Under the pieces are notes generated by a model, which was not told the DNA's origin, did not search any database, and was given only the letters and a program-made list of their open reading frames with translations. A stretch of 64,000 nt of DNA, taken from NCBI GenBank assembly GCA_028718805.1, contig JAQUKY010000007.1, forward strand, positions 18,176-82,175. The letters run 5' to 3'. The position numbers and the translations under genes are program-made. The number at the start of each line of letters is the position of its first letter. Position 1 is the stretch's first letter. Shown here in pieces: positions 21,163-31,571 of the stretch. The stretch is from Candidatus Nanoarchaeia archaeon. GTDB taxonomy: Archaea > Nanobdellota > Nanobdellia > Pacearchaeales > GW2011-AR1.

Positions 21163-21546
21163 CTATCTCATCATTACTTCTAATTTCTTGGGGTTTCTTT
21201 TCATCTCTTTTACAATTGTTGCAGGACCGATTATAGTAAGAGCATTCTGCTGTCCTGTAATAGCTTTTGCAATGCCAAATCTAAGTTTTTGTATAGCAGT
21301 GAGGTCATCTCCCTGTTCAATGACAGCCAACTCAACTCCCTTAAATCCCTTGATATTCCCAACCATAATCATTGTATCTTCTATTAATCTTGTTTCTTCT
21401 TCAGAACTAAGTCTTCCCTGCAAAACAACAACCTTGTTGCTTAGAATTATTTTCAATAGTTTCTTAATTCTCTCAACAGATTCTAGTCTTGCAATTTCTG
21501 AATAAGGCATAAAATGCAATGTCAATCCTTTTATCTTTTTTGCCAT
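21163..21546 (-). CDS. archaeal DUF2073-like protein
   Basis: Small conserved protein lying between the Zn-ribbon gene and the GTPase. Confidence 0.4.
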   Translation of the reverse strand: MAKKIKGLTLHFMPYSEIARLESVERIKKLLKIILSNKVVVLQGRLSSEEETRLIEDTMIMVGNIKGFKGVELAVIEQGDDLTAIQKLRFGIAKAITGQQNALTIIGPATIVKEMKRNPKKLEVMMR

Positions 21547-21729
21547 CTCTCACCCTTTTTTTTGTCTTTTACTCATTGTTGTAATGGAATATATACTTTT
21601 AAATGTTATTTATTTTATTTTTTGGTAATTTATTCAACGAATTTAAGTTGTTTTTGAGTTTTTATCAAGCTATTTTTCAGCAGCTTAATTTTCTCAATAT
21701 CATCTTATCTAGTTTTTGATATTACTGAT

Positions 21730-22371
21730 TTATGCTTGTTTTGCTAACCTAAACACAGACTCATAAAATTCATCCATGTTTTTTCCCTTTTTAGCAGATA
21801 TCGCCACCACATCATATTCTGGAAAAGCAGCCTCTATTTTTTTAATCTCTGCTTTTTTTAAATCAGATTTATTAGCAACAACCAAGACAGGTATTTTTCT
21901 TGCAACCAAGTTGCCAACTATAGTTATATTTACTTGTGAATAAGGGTTTTGAGTTGCATCTAAGACAACAATAACAGCATCCATATCATCTAGCCATTGA
22001 ATTGCTTCTATAACTCCCTTTGTTGCTTCTTTAGCTCTTTTTTGAGCCTGTTTCTTATTCATATGCATTTTAACAAAGTCTTCATAATCAATCTTTGTGG
22101 CAATTCCAGGAGTATCAACTAATTTAAATTTAAGGCTCTTTTCTTTATATTTGATTTCAACCTCTTCTTTAAACTGTACATGTCTTGTTTCATGAGGTAT
22201 ATTGCTTACCTTTCCTATTTCTTCTCCAGTCCAGTCTTTGCAAATTCTGTTCGCTAGAGTAGTTTTTCCAGCATTCGGAGGCCCATAAAAACCAAGCCTG
22301 ATTTGTTTTCTTTTTTTAAAGAAAAGGCCAAATAGCCTTCTTGTAAAATTCCTAAGTATTCTTATAGCCAT
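21730..22371 (-). CDS. small GTP-binding protein
   Basis: G1 motif GPPNAGKTT, G3 motif DTPGI and G4 motif NKSD. Confidence 0.7.
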   Translation of the reverse strand: MAIRILRNFTRRLFGLFFKKRKQIRLGFYGPPNAGKTTLANRICKDWTGEEIGKVSNIPHETRHVQFKEEVEIKYKEKSLKFKLVDTPGIATKIDYEDFVKMHMNKKQAQKRAKEATKGVIEAIQWLDDMDAVIVVLDATQNPYSQVNITIVGNLVARKIPVLVVANKSDLKKAEIKKIEAAFPEYDVVAISAKKGKNMDEFYESVFRLAKQA

Positions 22372-22520
22372 TTTTTGTTTTATATCTAATTTTGTTTATT
22401 GTACTTTTATCTGTAATATATAGCTCTATACACTTTGATTTTTGTTGTCATAATGTTTTAGTATTTTTTTATTACTAATTCTCTTTTATAATAAATCTTT
22501 ATTTGCGTTTATTAATATTT

Positions 22521-25307
22521 CTATACTCTTCTGAAACTCTGTAATGGACTCTGTGAACTGCCCCTTCTTTCAAGTTCTCTTTTAACCTGCCTATTTTCAA
22601 CCCACTTGAGTATAGGAATTTCCCACATACCTGTTCTTTTTCCTTGGAATTTATTCCAGGCATATTTTAACTGCTCATTATTCCATCCAAGATCTTTTAA
22701 TTTATCAAACACCTCTGATTTTCTCACCCCTTGATTATTTGAATTATTCATAAAATTAATAAGATTAAACAACTGATTTTTATCAGGGAATAAACGCTTT
22801 TCATAGTTTCTTTTATACCATTCCTGCAATGCAACATAAATGCAAAGAGCAATAAATAACAAAATACAGATCCATAAAACAGTGAGTCCAACAGGTTTGC
22901 AGTCGCTTCTGCAATTTGTATAATCCTCCATTAAATCTTTCTCACATTTTTTATTAAAATTACATATCCCAGGTTCTACTTGAATCTCCAAATTTCTAAA
23001 TTCAGGGGAGATACAAACAGGAAAACTTCCAACGCTAATCTTCCCAGGATATAAAAATTCTATTGTTTCCTGGCTAGTTAATTCTGAGAATATAATGGCT
23101 ACAGCATCATCATAAGATTTAACAGTCTTATCTGTATTAAATTTAATTCTATCAGGGTCTCCATTAACTAAAAAATAAACTTCTCCTAATAACTGGTCTG
23201 GTTTTGGGGTTAGAGTTACCTTAGCATAAGAAAACAAATCTCTGGTTTCATTTTTATAGTATAATGCATAGGTTTTTGACTCTATTGTCATCTGTATAGC
23301 ATTCATAAACCAGTTGGTAACTGCATTAGAATAATCTTCATTTGTTCCATCAACACTTCCTGCTCCGAAATAGTTTAATGCAGCAAGATTAATTTGATTC
23401 GGGTCTGGAAAAGTATTGGAAGGAGTTATTTTCTGACTTAAATTAAAAAATAAAGGGATGTCTAATGCAGCCAATGCTTCCATAATTTTGACATAATCTT
23501 CATCTGTGTTATATGAGCTGTCATCATACTTGTTTTTCTGGGTTTTAATTTGAGATCTTATATTATCTACATCAAATTCTTTTAATATCTCTTTTTGAAT
23601 CCATAATGGAGTTTTATTTATTTCTGCTTCAATTTTATTTAGTCTGGTAGTATAATCCTTAATTGTCGAGTTGATGTAATCTTTAGGAGATATAACAATT
23701 ACACTTATGCTTTTGCTGTAATTCCCCAACTTGTTGCTTAAGCTGACAGTAAGAGTATAATTTCCAAGCTTAGAGTAAGTATGCTCTGTTATCTTGCTGT
23801 TTGTAACCTGTTTACCTGTGTTATCTCCAAAATTCCAGGTATAAGTCAAATTAGAAGCATCTTCATCTAAAAATACCATAAACGGGTAAGAAACAAATGC
23901 AGGAACTTCTTGAGGAATTATACTTATTATTTTTGGAATATTCTTCACGCTGACCTTTTTTTCTAATATCTCGTCATCATTTAATTTTAAGACAAGAGTT
24001 TTATCGCCATAACTGGAAGGAGTTAAAAGATTAGCTTTTTCCAGGTCTAATTTTGAGAAATTAGAGCTAATCAAAACATCAGAGCTTTGAATGTCGTAGA
24101 TAGAAGATGTATCTTTTGAGATACCTGAATCATCATCATAACTTAAATATAAATCAGAAATGCTGATATCCTGATTTATCCCAGAATAAATTCTTATCGG
24201 GATTATGCATTCAGGATTGCAGGTCGTATACCTGCTGTCAATATAATCTTTGATATAATATGCTAAATCGCTTCCGGCGTCTCCATAAACTGTTTGCTGG
24301 TTAAACTGAAAATCATCAACATCATTATATTTAGCAACCTCCACAAAAATGTCAAAATCATGAAGATATGGCGGCTCATCAAATTCTGAATACCCGCAGC
24401 ATTCAGTTTGATTATCTTCCAGACATCCAACATCTTGATATCTTATCTCGTATTTTGTTGTGCCAGAAACCTTGGTTATGCAGACAGTTGCTTGTTCTGA
24501 TTCTGATAACTCTTCATCAAAAATAATCTCACATTTTGCCTTCCCGCTTGTGTTCATAAAAACAGTGCAATCTTTCGATTCTGAAGCATCAATACTCATC
24601 CTAAACTGGGCATTTCCGGTACCAATAACATTCGCACCAATTCTTAATTTCTTATTAACCGGAATTTTTATTTTTTCACAATAAAGGTTGGCTGTTTTTA
24701 TCTCGGTCTTTTCAGCAGAATCACTTGCCTTAAAACATCCTTGTGAATTTGGAATAGTGCATTCAAACAGATCAGACATGTTAATTGATTTCCATTCAAT
24801 ACTATCTCCATCTGTGCTGTCGTCTAATAAATCTATTTTAAGAGGGTTCGTGCAGCTTTTACCTGCATTTGTAGAAACATTAAACCTGAATTCAGTAATA
24901 CTTCCTATTTTGCTTGTTACCCTCAATCCGATTAATTTTTCCCGGTTATAATCCAATGAAAATGTTTTTGAAGATTGCGGTGGGTTGCTGGTAGAATATC
25001 CTTTTTCACAATTACTTGGAAAACAAGAGCAAACTGGACTTGATTCACAGTTAATGTTATTTTTGTCTAAAAAACCAATAAGCTTAATGCTGCTGTCAAA
25101 GCCAGTTAATAAAGAATCAGCAGATTCGCTTTGAAAACTTATATTTATCCATCCCTTAATTGGTTCCTCGCTAGCATATGTGGTTATTATTTCAGAAGAT
25201 TTGTTTCCTAAAACAAAACTAGCACTTATTAAATTTATTAGAAAAATGCCAATTATCAGACTTATAACTATCATCCTCTTTTTCATATTTATTACAGAGA
25301 AAACCAA
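22521..25307 (-). CDS. large secreted surface protein with a PKD domain, one TM helix and a ~115-aa cytoplasmic tail
   Basis: N-terminal signal/anchor. PKD signature WNFGDNTG...HTY...GNYTLTVSLSN. Many Cys residues and NxS/T sequons. TM segment LWICILLFIALCIYVALQEW followed by a basic tail. Confidence 0.6.
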   Translation of the reverse strand: MVFSVINMKKRMIVISLIIGIFLINLISASFVLGNKSSEIITTYASEEPIKGWINISFQSESADSLLTGFDSSIKLIGFLDKNNINCESSPVCSCFPSNCEKGYSTSNPPQSSKTFSLDYNREKLIGLRVTSKIGSITEFRFNVSTNAGKSCTNPLKIDLLDDSTDGDSIEWKSINMSDLFECTIPNSQGCFKASDSAEKTEIKTANLYCEKIKIPVNKKLRIGANVIGTGNAQFRMSIDASESKDCTVFMNTSGKAKCEIIFDEELSESEQATVCITKVSGTTKYEIRYQDVGCLEDNQTECCGYSEFDEPPYLHDFDIFVEVAKYNDVDDFQFNQQTVYGDAGSDLAYYIKDYIDSRYTTCNPECIIPIRIYSGINQDISISDLYLSYDDDSGISKDTSSIYDIQSSDVLISSNFSKLDLEKANLLTPSSYGDKTLVLKLNDDEILEKKVSVKNIPKIISIIPQEVPAFVSYPFMVFLDEDASNLTYTWNFGDNTGKQVTNSKITEHTYSKLGNYTLTVSLSNKLGNYSKSISVIVISPKDYINSTIKDYTTRLNKIEAEINKTPLWIQKEILKEFDVDNIRSQIKTQKNKYDDSSYNTDEDYVKIMEALAALDIPLFFNLSQKITPSNTFPDPNQINLAALNYFGAGSVDGTNEDYSNAVTNWFMNAIQMTIESKTYALYYKNETRDLFSYAKVTLTPKPDQLLGEVYFLVNGDPDRIKFNTDKTVKSYDDAVAIIFSELTSQETIEFLYPGKISVGSFPVCISPEFRNLEIQVEPGICNFNKKCEKDLMEDYTNCRSDCKPVGLTVLWICILLFIALCIYVALQEWYKRNYEKRLFPDKNQLFNLINFMNNSNNQGVRKSEVFDKLKDLGWNNEQLKYAWNKFQGKRTGMWEIPILKWVENRQVKRELERRGSSQSPLQSFRRV

Positions 25308-25435
25308 TTTATAAATATTGTCTTAATATTTATAATTAACTAAAAGGAACTTGAAATCATAAGTGTCTTAGGCACTCATCTGCAAAGCTAGTAATAGTTA
25401 ACATTATTGATATAGTAAAAATATAAAGAACAAAT

Positions 25436-26329
25436 TTATCTCTGCTTTTTCTTCTTTCTTTTCTTTTTAGAAATCAAATAAAGGTAATAAGTAACAACTA
25501 AAATTACAATAACTGCGATTACATTTATCCATGTGAAAAAATTTAACTTTGTTATGTCTGTGCAAGGCTTTGTTTCGGGATCAACAGCACAATTCATATC
25601 TTCATGGGGGTTTATGACTGTCCAATTCCATATAATCATTCCATTAGGTTGAGTGCACTGGCTGTCATCTACAGTTATAGCATATTGGCAGAATCCAAAA
25701 GTATAATTATCTCTGTCATTACAATCCTTTATTTTGCTTGCATCTGCCAGGCATTTTTCTTCTGTTGCATTCCATACACAACTGCAGGAAGTAAAATTAG
25801 AGCAAATTTTGATTCCGACTTCCCAGGGCTTGTCAACAGCCTTATTGCACCACCCCTCTCCGTATACACTGCTGCTTTCAATGCTTTCTATTGCTACATC
25901 AGGGACATAATTTTCACATTCATCTTCTCCATAAGAAGAACAGCTGGTTACATTTGAAATAAGGCACTTGTATTTATCATCATCAATTACATTAGGCAAT
26001 AATTGAACTGATTCTGAAAGCTGACCTGTGATTAACTGGCAGGTATTAAATGTAGAGCCTGTTTTTGGGCAGCAAGCACCCTCCCCAACAAAATCATAAC
26101 CACTCCCAAAATCCCTGCAGTCAAAAACAGGATCTGCCCCAACAGTAGCATAAGAGTTATTTGTAATTGTATCTACCCATTTAGTATGGTTATATTCTGA
26201 AGGGCAAAAAATACCCTCTTTAATAAAAACTGTGGAGCTGGTTTCTCCAAAATAATCTCCAGCAGCCAAAACTGAGATTAGGAAAATAAACAGGAAAAAT
26301 CCTAATCCAAACAATATTCCTTTTTCCAT
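25436..26329 (-). CDS. Cys-rich secreted protein with a C-terminal TM and poly-Lys tail
   Basis: Signal peptide, about 30 Cys residues, TM helix, then KKKRKKKKQR. Confidence 0.5.
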   Translation of the reverse strand: MEKGILFGLGFFLFIFLISVLAAGDYFGETSSTVFIKEGIFCPSEYNHTKWVDTITNNSYATVGADPVFDCRDFGSGYDFVGEGACCPKTGSTFNTCQLITGQLSESVQLLPNVIDDDKYKCLISNVTSCSSYGEDECENYVPDVAIESIESSSVYGEGWCNKAVDKPWEVGIKICSNFTSCSCVWNATEEKCLADASKIKDCNDRDNYTFGFCQYAITVDDSQCTQPNGMIIWNWTVINPHEDMNCAVDPETKPCTDITKLNFFTWINVIAVIVILVVTYYLYLISKKKRKKKKQR

Positions 26330-26340
26330 TTTTCTTTTTT

Positions 26341-26410
26341 TACCAGTAATGTCAAACTCTATTTCGCTTTGTAGATGAGCTGATTAAGCTTACTCTTCTC
26401 ACCAATCGCG
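26341..26410 (-). promoter_or_regulatory. conserved upstream/leader element, instance C, upstream of the 25436 Cys-rich gene
   Basis: taagcttaatcagctcatctacaaagcgaaatagagtttgacattactgg. Confidence 0.45.
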
Positions 26411-26466
26411 TTTTAGTGTTTTTTTGTTACTGATTTTTATATTTATTATTAATATATAGTTTTAAT

Positions 26467-28305
26467 TTAAGTGGTATATTTTGTTTTTAAATTTAATGCG
26501 TGTTTTCCAGGCTCATTAAAGACCTTTATGAATTCAACAACATCACTATGATTAGTGCCATATTTTCCATTTAATTTAGTAGGGCTATTATCAAATGTCC
26601 ATTCCATATCTATTTTATTTTGATTTGTTGATTCTCCTGCCATCAAATAACAATAAATTCCTTCTTTTGTTATTGTATCATTTACTACATAACAAGAAGG
26701 GCTAGAAGCCGAGCATTCACTTAAAGTATAACTGCAGTTAACAACATGAGTTGCACTTGCATTTACCTTAACAAACCTGCCGCTAATCTGCTGCATTTGG
26801 TCAGGGTTAGGATCTGTTATAATTGCAAATACATTTATTCCTTTTCCATAAACATAAACTTCTGTTGCATCATAAGCAGATTGTGTTTCAGTAGGTGTTC
26901 TCGGAGGAGACATTTCGCTTGCAGTCAGTTTTATAGACTTGGTTCCAGAAGTTGTGTAAGAATGAGTTGTGTTTCCTAATCCAGTGGCTATAATATTATT
27001 AAAAGAGGTTATATTGCTGTCCCCAAACTCCCAGGTTAATTTCAAATCATCATCAGAATCAGAACTTGTTTGTTCAAATGGGATGTCAACAGTTTCCAAT
27101 GTTATTTTATTGATAACATAAATATCTTTATACAAAGGACTTTTTATCTGAGTTGTTGGGGGGGCATTATTATAAATACCTTTTTTTACAACCAGATATT
27201 CTGAAGTTTTTCCATCAGCCATAAAATAAAATTCTTCTTCACTTCCCTCTATTTCCAGACCATCTCCTAAGTCAAAATCACTTTGGGTAATTGTCCACTT
27301 TGCAGCAATTTTTCCGTTAAGATTAAAAGTGTTTGTTACTGTTCTAATATCCTCGTCTATAAGAAGTTCAATAAGGTCGTCATATTCTTTTATATTAAAT
27401 TCATTCCCGCCTGTTTCTGAAATCATTAACACAGTTTCTCCTATTTCAGCAGTGGTTATAGGATTCCCGTTCATATCAGCCCAGTAAACATCAGTCACAG
27501 CAGATTTACAGCAGATTTTTATTGGATAATTTGTATCAGAAGCATTTGAAATATGAGAATTGTTATTTTGGTATAATCTTACTACAATCTCTCCTTCGTT
27601 AGTGCATGTATTCCCTCCAGTTGTATCAGCTTCACAACTTAAATCACCATAACAAACATCATAATTGTAAGGAAAAGGCCCATTTGCTGTTTGAGCATGA
27701 GAATTTGTAGATTGATATAACTCAATAATTTTGTTTGTTCCAGTACAAGAATGAGGATTTACTCCTGCATAAGAAGTACCAAAAATTGTAGAATAACAAA
27801 TATCTTGAATATAACTTTGATTCCACAAAGCGCAATGAGAATTTGTTGCAGAATAAAGTTTCATTATTATTTGATTTTGAGGGCAGGGAGGAGGGGCAGG
27901 AGACCCGGAAAAAAACTCATTCGAAAGGTTATATATTGAACTAATCCCTCCGCAACCACTGCAATTACAATCACTTGCCTGAACAGGAACATTTCCATTT
28001 CTTGCGTAACTAGGGCATTCAGACCATCCTGAAATATTAGATTGAGCACAATCTCCAGTGCCAGGAGTGTCACAATCAGAAGGAGAATAAAGAATATAAT
28101 AATCTTCACTTACTCCTCCAGTGCACCCACCCACATCAGAAAACCATCCTCCAGGATTGCTGACAAAAATTGCACCACAAGCATTTGTACAAGTTGGTGT
28201 TTGTGGCTCACAACCCGCAATTCCTGCATTCGCAATCCCGATTAAACTTGCAAATAATCCAAAAGCTAAAACTATTAAAACTAAAAATTTCCAGCCTCTT
28301 TTCAT
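26467..28305 (-). CDS. secreted Cys-rich PKD-domain surface protein
   Basis: Signal peptide. PKD signature WEFGDSN...HSYTTSGTKSIKLTASE. Confidence 0.55.
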   Translation of the reverse strand: MKRGWKFLVLIVLAFGLFASLIGIANAGIAGCEPQTPTCTNACGAIFVSNPGGWFSDVGGCTGGVSEDYYILYSPSDCDTPGTGDCAQSNISGWSECPSYARNGNVPVQASDCNCSGCGGISSIYNLSNEFFSGSPAPPPCPQNQIIMKLYSATNSHCALWNQSYIQDICYSTIFGTSYAGVNPHSCTGTNKIIELYQSTNSHAQTANGPFPYNYDVCYGDLSCEADTTGGNTCTNEGEIVVRLYQNNNSHISNASDTNYPIKICCKSAVTDVYWADMNGNPITTAEIGETVLMISETGGNEFNIKEYDDLIELLIDEDIRTVTNTFNLNGKIAAKWTITQSDFDLGDGLEIEGSEEEFYFMADGKTSEYLVVKKGIYNNAPPTTQIKSPLYKDIYVINKITLETVDIPFEQTSSDSDDDLKLTWEFGDSNITSFNNIIATGLGNTTHSYTTSGTKSIKLTASEMSPPRTPTETQSAYDATEVYVYGKGINVFAIITDPNPDQMQQISGRFVKVNASATHVVNCSYTLSECSASSPSCYVVNDTITKEGIYCYLMAGESTNQNKIDMEWTFDNSPTKLNGKYGTNHSDVVEFIKVFNEPGKHALNLKTKYTT

Positions 28306-28428
28306 ATTCTACAAAGAAAAAACAAGTTTATAAATATTGTCTTATTCTTAACCCTTATTCTTATTTGTTTTTATTGCATTAAGAATAAACTAATACTATA
28401 ATAAAAGATTAAGACAAAATAAAAAAAT

Positions 28429-28455
28429 TTATCATCTGCAAGGCTTAAAATAGTT
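28429..28455 (+). promoter_or_regulatory. same core motif upstream of paralogue A, followed by a TTTAAATA TATA box at about 28474
   Basis: atcatctgcaaggcttaaaatag. Confidence 0.4.
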
Positions 28456-28511
28456 TAATAAATCATTAAAAACATTTAAATATGGCCATTCATTAATAAC
28501 AGTAGAAAAAG

Positions 28512-29309
28512 ATGGTGTCATTAAAAGTTAATATTCATAAAAAAGATTTATGGCTTTTGTCTGCCATAGTTGTATTTCTGGTCGGAGTTGCTTATGTTAT
28601 TGCATATAATCCTAACTGGCAGACATCTCCAGGAAATCCTGCTGTGATGGGACACACTCCTGATGAGATTGAAGGGGGAGGGTGGGTTCATAGTGGGGCT
28701 GTAATATTTAGTGGTGATTGTCCTTCTAATTGGACATCATTAAACACTGGAATTGGAAAAAGAACTTTGGTTATGTTAAAGGTAGAAAATAATCAAGCAA
28801 CTAGTCATGTTATGTATGATTTTAAGCCAAAAGGAGAAAGCAGAAATCTTGGACCTACAGGCAGTTATTCAGGGCAGGTTTCTTCTGCCTTTGTATTTGC
28901 AAGTGATATAGGTTATTTTATGGTTGAAACAGATGCAAATGGTGAATTAGAATGGAGGGGTACTCCTCCTAGTCTCGCAACAGCTATCACTTTGATGGGA
29001 TATTTAAATTCTGGTGGAGGTTCTGGAACAGGTGGAGCACAGATAAAAACAGGAACTTATACTGGAAATGACGGAATCCAGGAGATTAATGTTGGGTTTA
29101 TGCCTGATAGTGTTACGTTTATAAATCATGGGAGTAGTTGGGTTAGCCATAAGACAAAGTATATGCCTAGTGCTTATGCCAAATATGCAGATGCTTATGC
29201 AGATAATTTAGTTAGCTTAACTACTAATGGTTTTAGGCTTGAATCAGGACAAAGTTCTTTTAATGGAAATGGCCAAACCTATTCTTACACAGCAATGAAA
29301 GACGGTTAA
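28512..29309 (+). CDS. signal-anchored surface protein, paralogue A (first 32 aa identical to the 31572 gene)
   Basis: N-terminus MVSLKVNIHKKDLWLLSAIVVFLVGVAYVIAY is shared exactly with paralogue B. The bodies diverge but keep a PxNPAV-GHT-E-EG motif. Confidence 0.5.
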   Translation: MVSLKVNIHKKDLWLLSAIVVFLVGVAYVIAYNPNWQTSPGNPAVMGHTPDEIEGGGWVHSGAVIFSGDCPSNWTSLNTGIGKRTLVMLKVENNQATSHVMYDFKPKGESRNLGPTGSYSGQVSSAFVFASDIGYFMVETDANGELEWRGTPPSLATAITLMGYLNSGGGSGTGGAQIKTGTYTGNDGIQEINVGFMPDSVTFINHGSSWVSHKTKYMPSAYAKYADAYADNLVSLTTNGFRLESGQSSFNGNGQTYSYTAMKDG

Positions 29310-29312
29310 ATT

Positions 29313-29493
29313 AAATAAAAAGAAATCCACATCATTTATGATGTGGTGCTGATAATCGCTAATGCTGTGATTTAAACGCTTGTGGAAGCAGGTTCAATAA
29401 ATTGAAGTCCACAGAGCAAAGCGGATAAGAGTAAAGATATAAGGAAGCCCACGCATTTATGCGTGGGAGGATGTCACATGTATGAAAATCTAT
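29313..29493 (+). repeat. copy 2 of the ~165-nt structured repeat (extended 3' identity with copy 3)
   Basis: Starts 3 nt after the stop codon of paralogue A. Confidence 0.8.
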
Positions 29494-29569
29494 AAAAACA
29501 AAACTATTTCTGCCATATTCAATTATCTTCTTTAGAATTAAAAGCTTAATTCATTTTCTAAAAACCTTT

Positions 29570-30946
29570 TCACCCTTTCATAACAGCAATAGGAATCAAT
29601 TTTGCGACTAAATTTCCAATTCCTGCTTCGTGGCTTACTCTTACAACTTCGTCAATATCCTTGTACATCTGAGGAGCTTCTTCGCTTAATCCTTTCCAGC
29701 TTCCAGCTTCAACATCAATACCCTTTTCATTTAATTGTTTTTTTACATCTTCTCCCCTCACAGATTTTCTTGCAGAAGTTCTTGAGGCAACTCTTCCTGC
29801 ACCGTGGGCAGTGCTTCCAAATGAGACTTCCATTGCTTTTTCTGTTCCGATTAAGACATAGCTTGCGGTTCCCATGCTTCCTGGAATTAAAACAGGCTGG
29901 TTGGGAAAACTTCTTGTAGCTCCCTTTCTCATAACTAAAATTTCTTTTTCTTTTCCATCAATAATGTGTTTTTCAATTTTAGCAATATTATGGCAGACTT
30001 CATAAACAACATCGATTTTAACATTTTTAAAATAATGTTTAAATTGCTCTCTCACCCAGTGAGTTATAATCTGCTTGTTTGCAAATGCAAAATTTGCAGC
30101 ACAATTCATAGCAGAAAAATATTTTTTTCCTAATTCGCTTTTAATAGGAGCATTTATAAGCTCTCTGTCATATTCAGGCCAGCCATATTTATCTTCCATT
30201 AATTTAATATAATCACTTGCAACTTGATGTCCAAGCCCGCGACTTCCACAATGAATCATAATTGTAATCTGGTCTTTCTCTAATCCAAGTTTTTTTGCGG
30301 TTTCAAGATCAAAAATCTTCTCAACTTTTTGGATTTCAAGAAAATGATTTCCAGCTCCAAGAGTTCCCAGCTGCCCGATTCCTCTTTGCCTTGCTCTTTT
30401 TGAAACATCATCTGGATTGCAGGGATTTAAATTTCCATTTTCTTCCAAATGTTTTAAATCTTCTTTATAACCATAACCTTTTTCAACAGCCCATTTTGCC
30501 CCTTTTTTTAAAACTTCATCAAGCTCTTTATAAGTTATATTAACATTGCCCCCTCTTCCAACACCAGAAGGAACTGCCCTGAACAAAGAATGAAGAATCT
30601 CTTTTTTCTTTTTATCATTTAAATCACCAGCTTTTAAGTTTGTTTTTAATAAGCGAACTGAGCAGTCAATATCATATCCAACTCCTCCAGGAGAGATAAT
30701 TCCTTTATCTAAATCAAATGCAGCAACCCCCCCTATACTAAATCCGTAGCCTTGGTGAGCGTCCATAAGAGCAATACTATATTTCAAAATTCCAGGCAAA
30801 GTTGCAACATTTTTAACTTGCTCTAAAGTTTTATCTTCTTTCATTTTTTCCATAAGCTTCTCACTAGCAAAAATCTTCCCAGGGACTAGCATTTTCCCTT
30901 CCTTAGGAATTTCCCATTCATTTTCTGATATTTTTTTTAGTTTCAT
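29570..30946 (-). CDS. rtcB: RtcB RNA 3'-phosphate ligase (tRNA-splicing ligase)
   Basis: Conserved RtcB motifs, for example HQGYGFSIGGVAAFD. Length 458 aa. No intein. Confidence 0.9.
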   Translation of the reverse strand: MKLKKISENEWEIPKEGKMLVPGKIFASEKLMEKMKEDKTLEQVKNVATLPGILKYSIALMDAHQGYGFSIGGVAAFDLDKGIISPGGVGYDIDCSVRLLKTNLKAGDLNDKKKKEILHSLFRAVPSGVGRGGNVNITYKELDEVLKKGAKWAVEKGYGYKEDLKHLEENGNLNPCNPDDVSKRARQRGIGQLGTLGAGNHFLEIQKVEKIFDLETAKKLGLEKDQITIMIHCGSRGLGHQVASDYIKLMEDKYGWPEYDRELINAPIKSELGKKYFSAMNCAANFAFANKQIITHWVREQFKHYFKNVKIDVVYEVCHNIAKIEKHIIDGKEKEILVMRKGATRSFPNQPVLIPGSMGTASYVLIGTEKAMEVSFGSTAHGAGRVASRTSARKSVRGEDVKKQLNEKGIDVEAGSWKGLSEEAPQMYKDIDEVVRVSHEAGIGNLVAKLIPIAVMKG

Positions 30947-31350
30947 ACATCCACCACAACTTGTATTGTGTATTTATCTTTTTCCTTTTTCACAAACATC
31001 TCGCTGTAGGTTATAGCCTTTACATTATTGCTGAATTTATAACTTTCAGCATCATCTCCGATAACTTCTGCGATTAATTTGTTATTTTTAATCTTTATAT
31101 CTTTTATCTTTGATAATAAAAAATCTTCCGCATCTGATAAATATAAAAATTCCTCAAGGAAATTGTATAACAATCTTTCATTATTCTTTCCGCTAATTTC
31201 AAATTTTTTGTTTATTCTGCTTTTAACTTTTATCCCTCTGGTCATTATTTCTTTTAAAGCCAAAGCCGCATTTACAAAAACTTCTTCCAAACTTTTTCCA
31301 AATGCCTGAAATTTTATGTCTGCCGTATGTTCTAAAAATTTGAATTTCAT
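30943..31350 (-). CDS. archease (RtcB cofactor)
   Basis: N-terminal FLEHTADIKF archease motif. The 4-nt overlap with rtcB suggests translational coupling. The probable start is the Met of MKFKF. Confidence 0.8.
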   Translation of the reverse strand: MKFKFLEHTADIKFQAFGKSLEEVFVNAALALKEIMTRGIKVKSRINKKFEISGKNNERLLYNFLEEFLYLSDAEDFLLSKIKDIKIKNNKLIAEVIGDDAESYKFSNNVKAITYSEMFVKKEKDKYTIQVVVDV

Positions 31351-31448
31351 AAATAACATAGAAAATAATGATATTTATAATTAACTAAGATTAATAATGA
31401 AATAAAATGAGCTAATCTATAATAAAAAAAAGAATAAAGCTATGAAAG

Positions 31449-31490
31449 AGAAGCTTAATCTGCTCATCTGCAAGTCTTATTGTAATTGCT
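31449..31490 (+). promoter_or_regulatory. same core motif upstream of paralogue B
   Basis: aagcttaatctgctcatctgcaagtcttattg. Confidence 0.4.
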
Positions 31491-31571
31491 TCTGTTCTAG
31501 AGGCTCTAAACTTTTAGGCCGTATATTAAAAACATTTAAATATGGCCATTCATTAATAACAGTAGAAAAAG

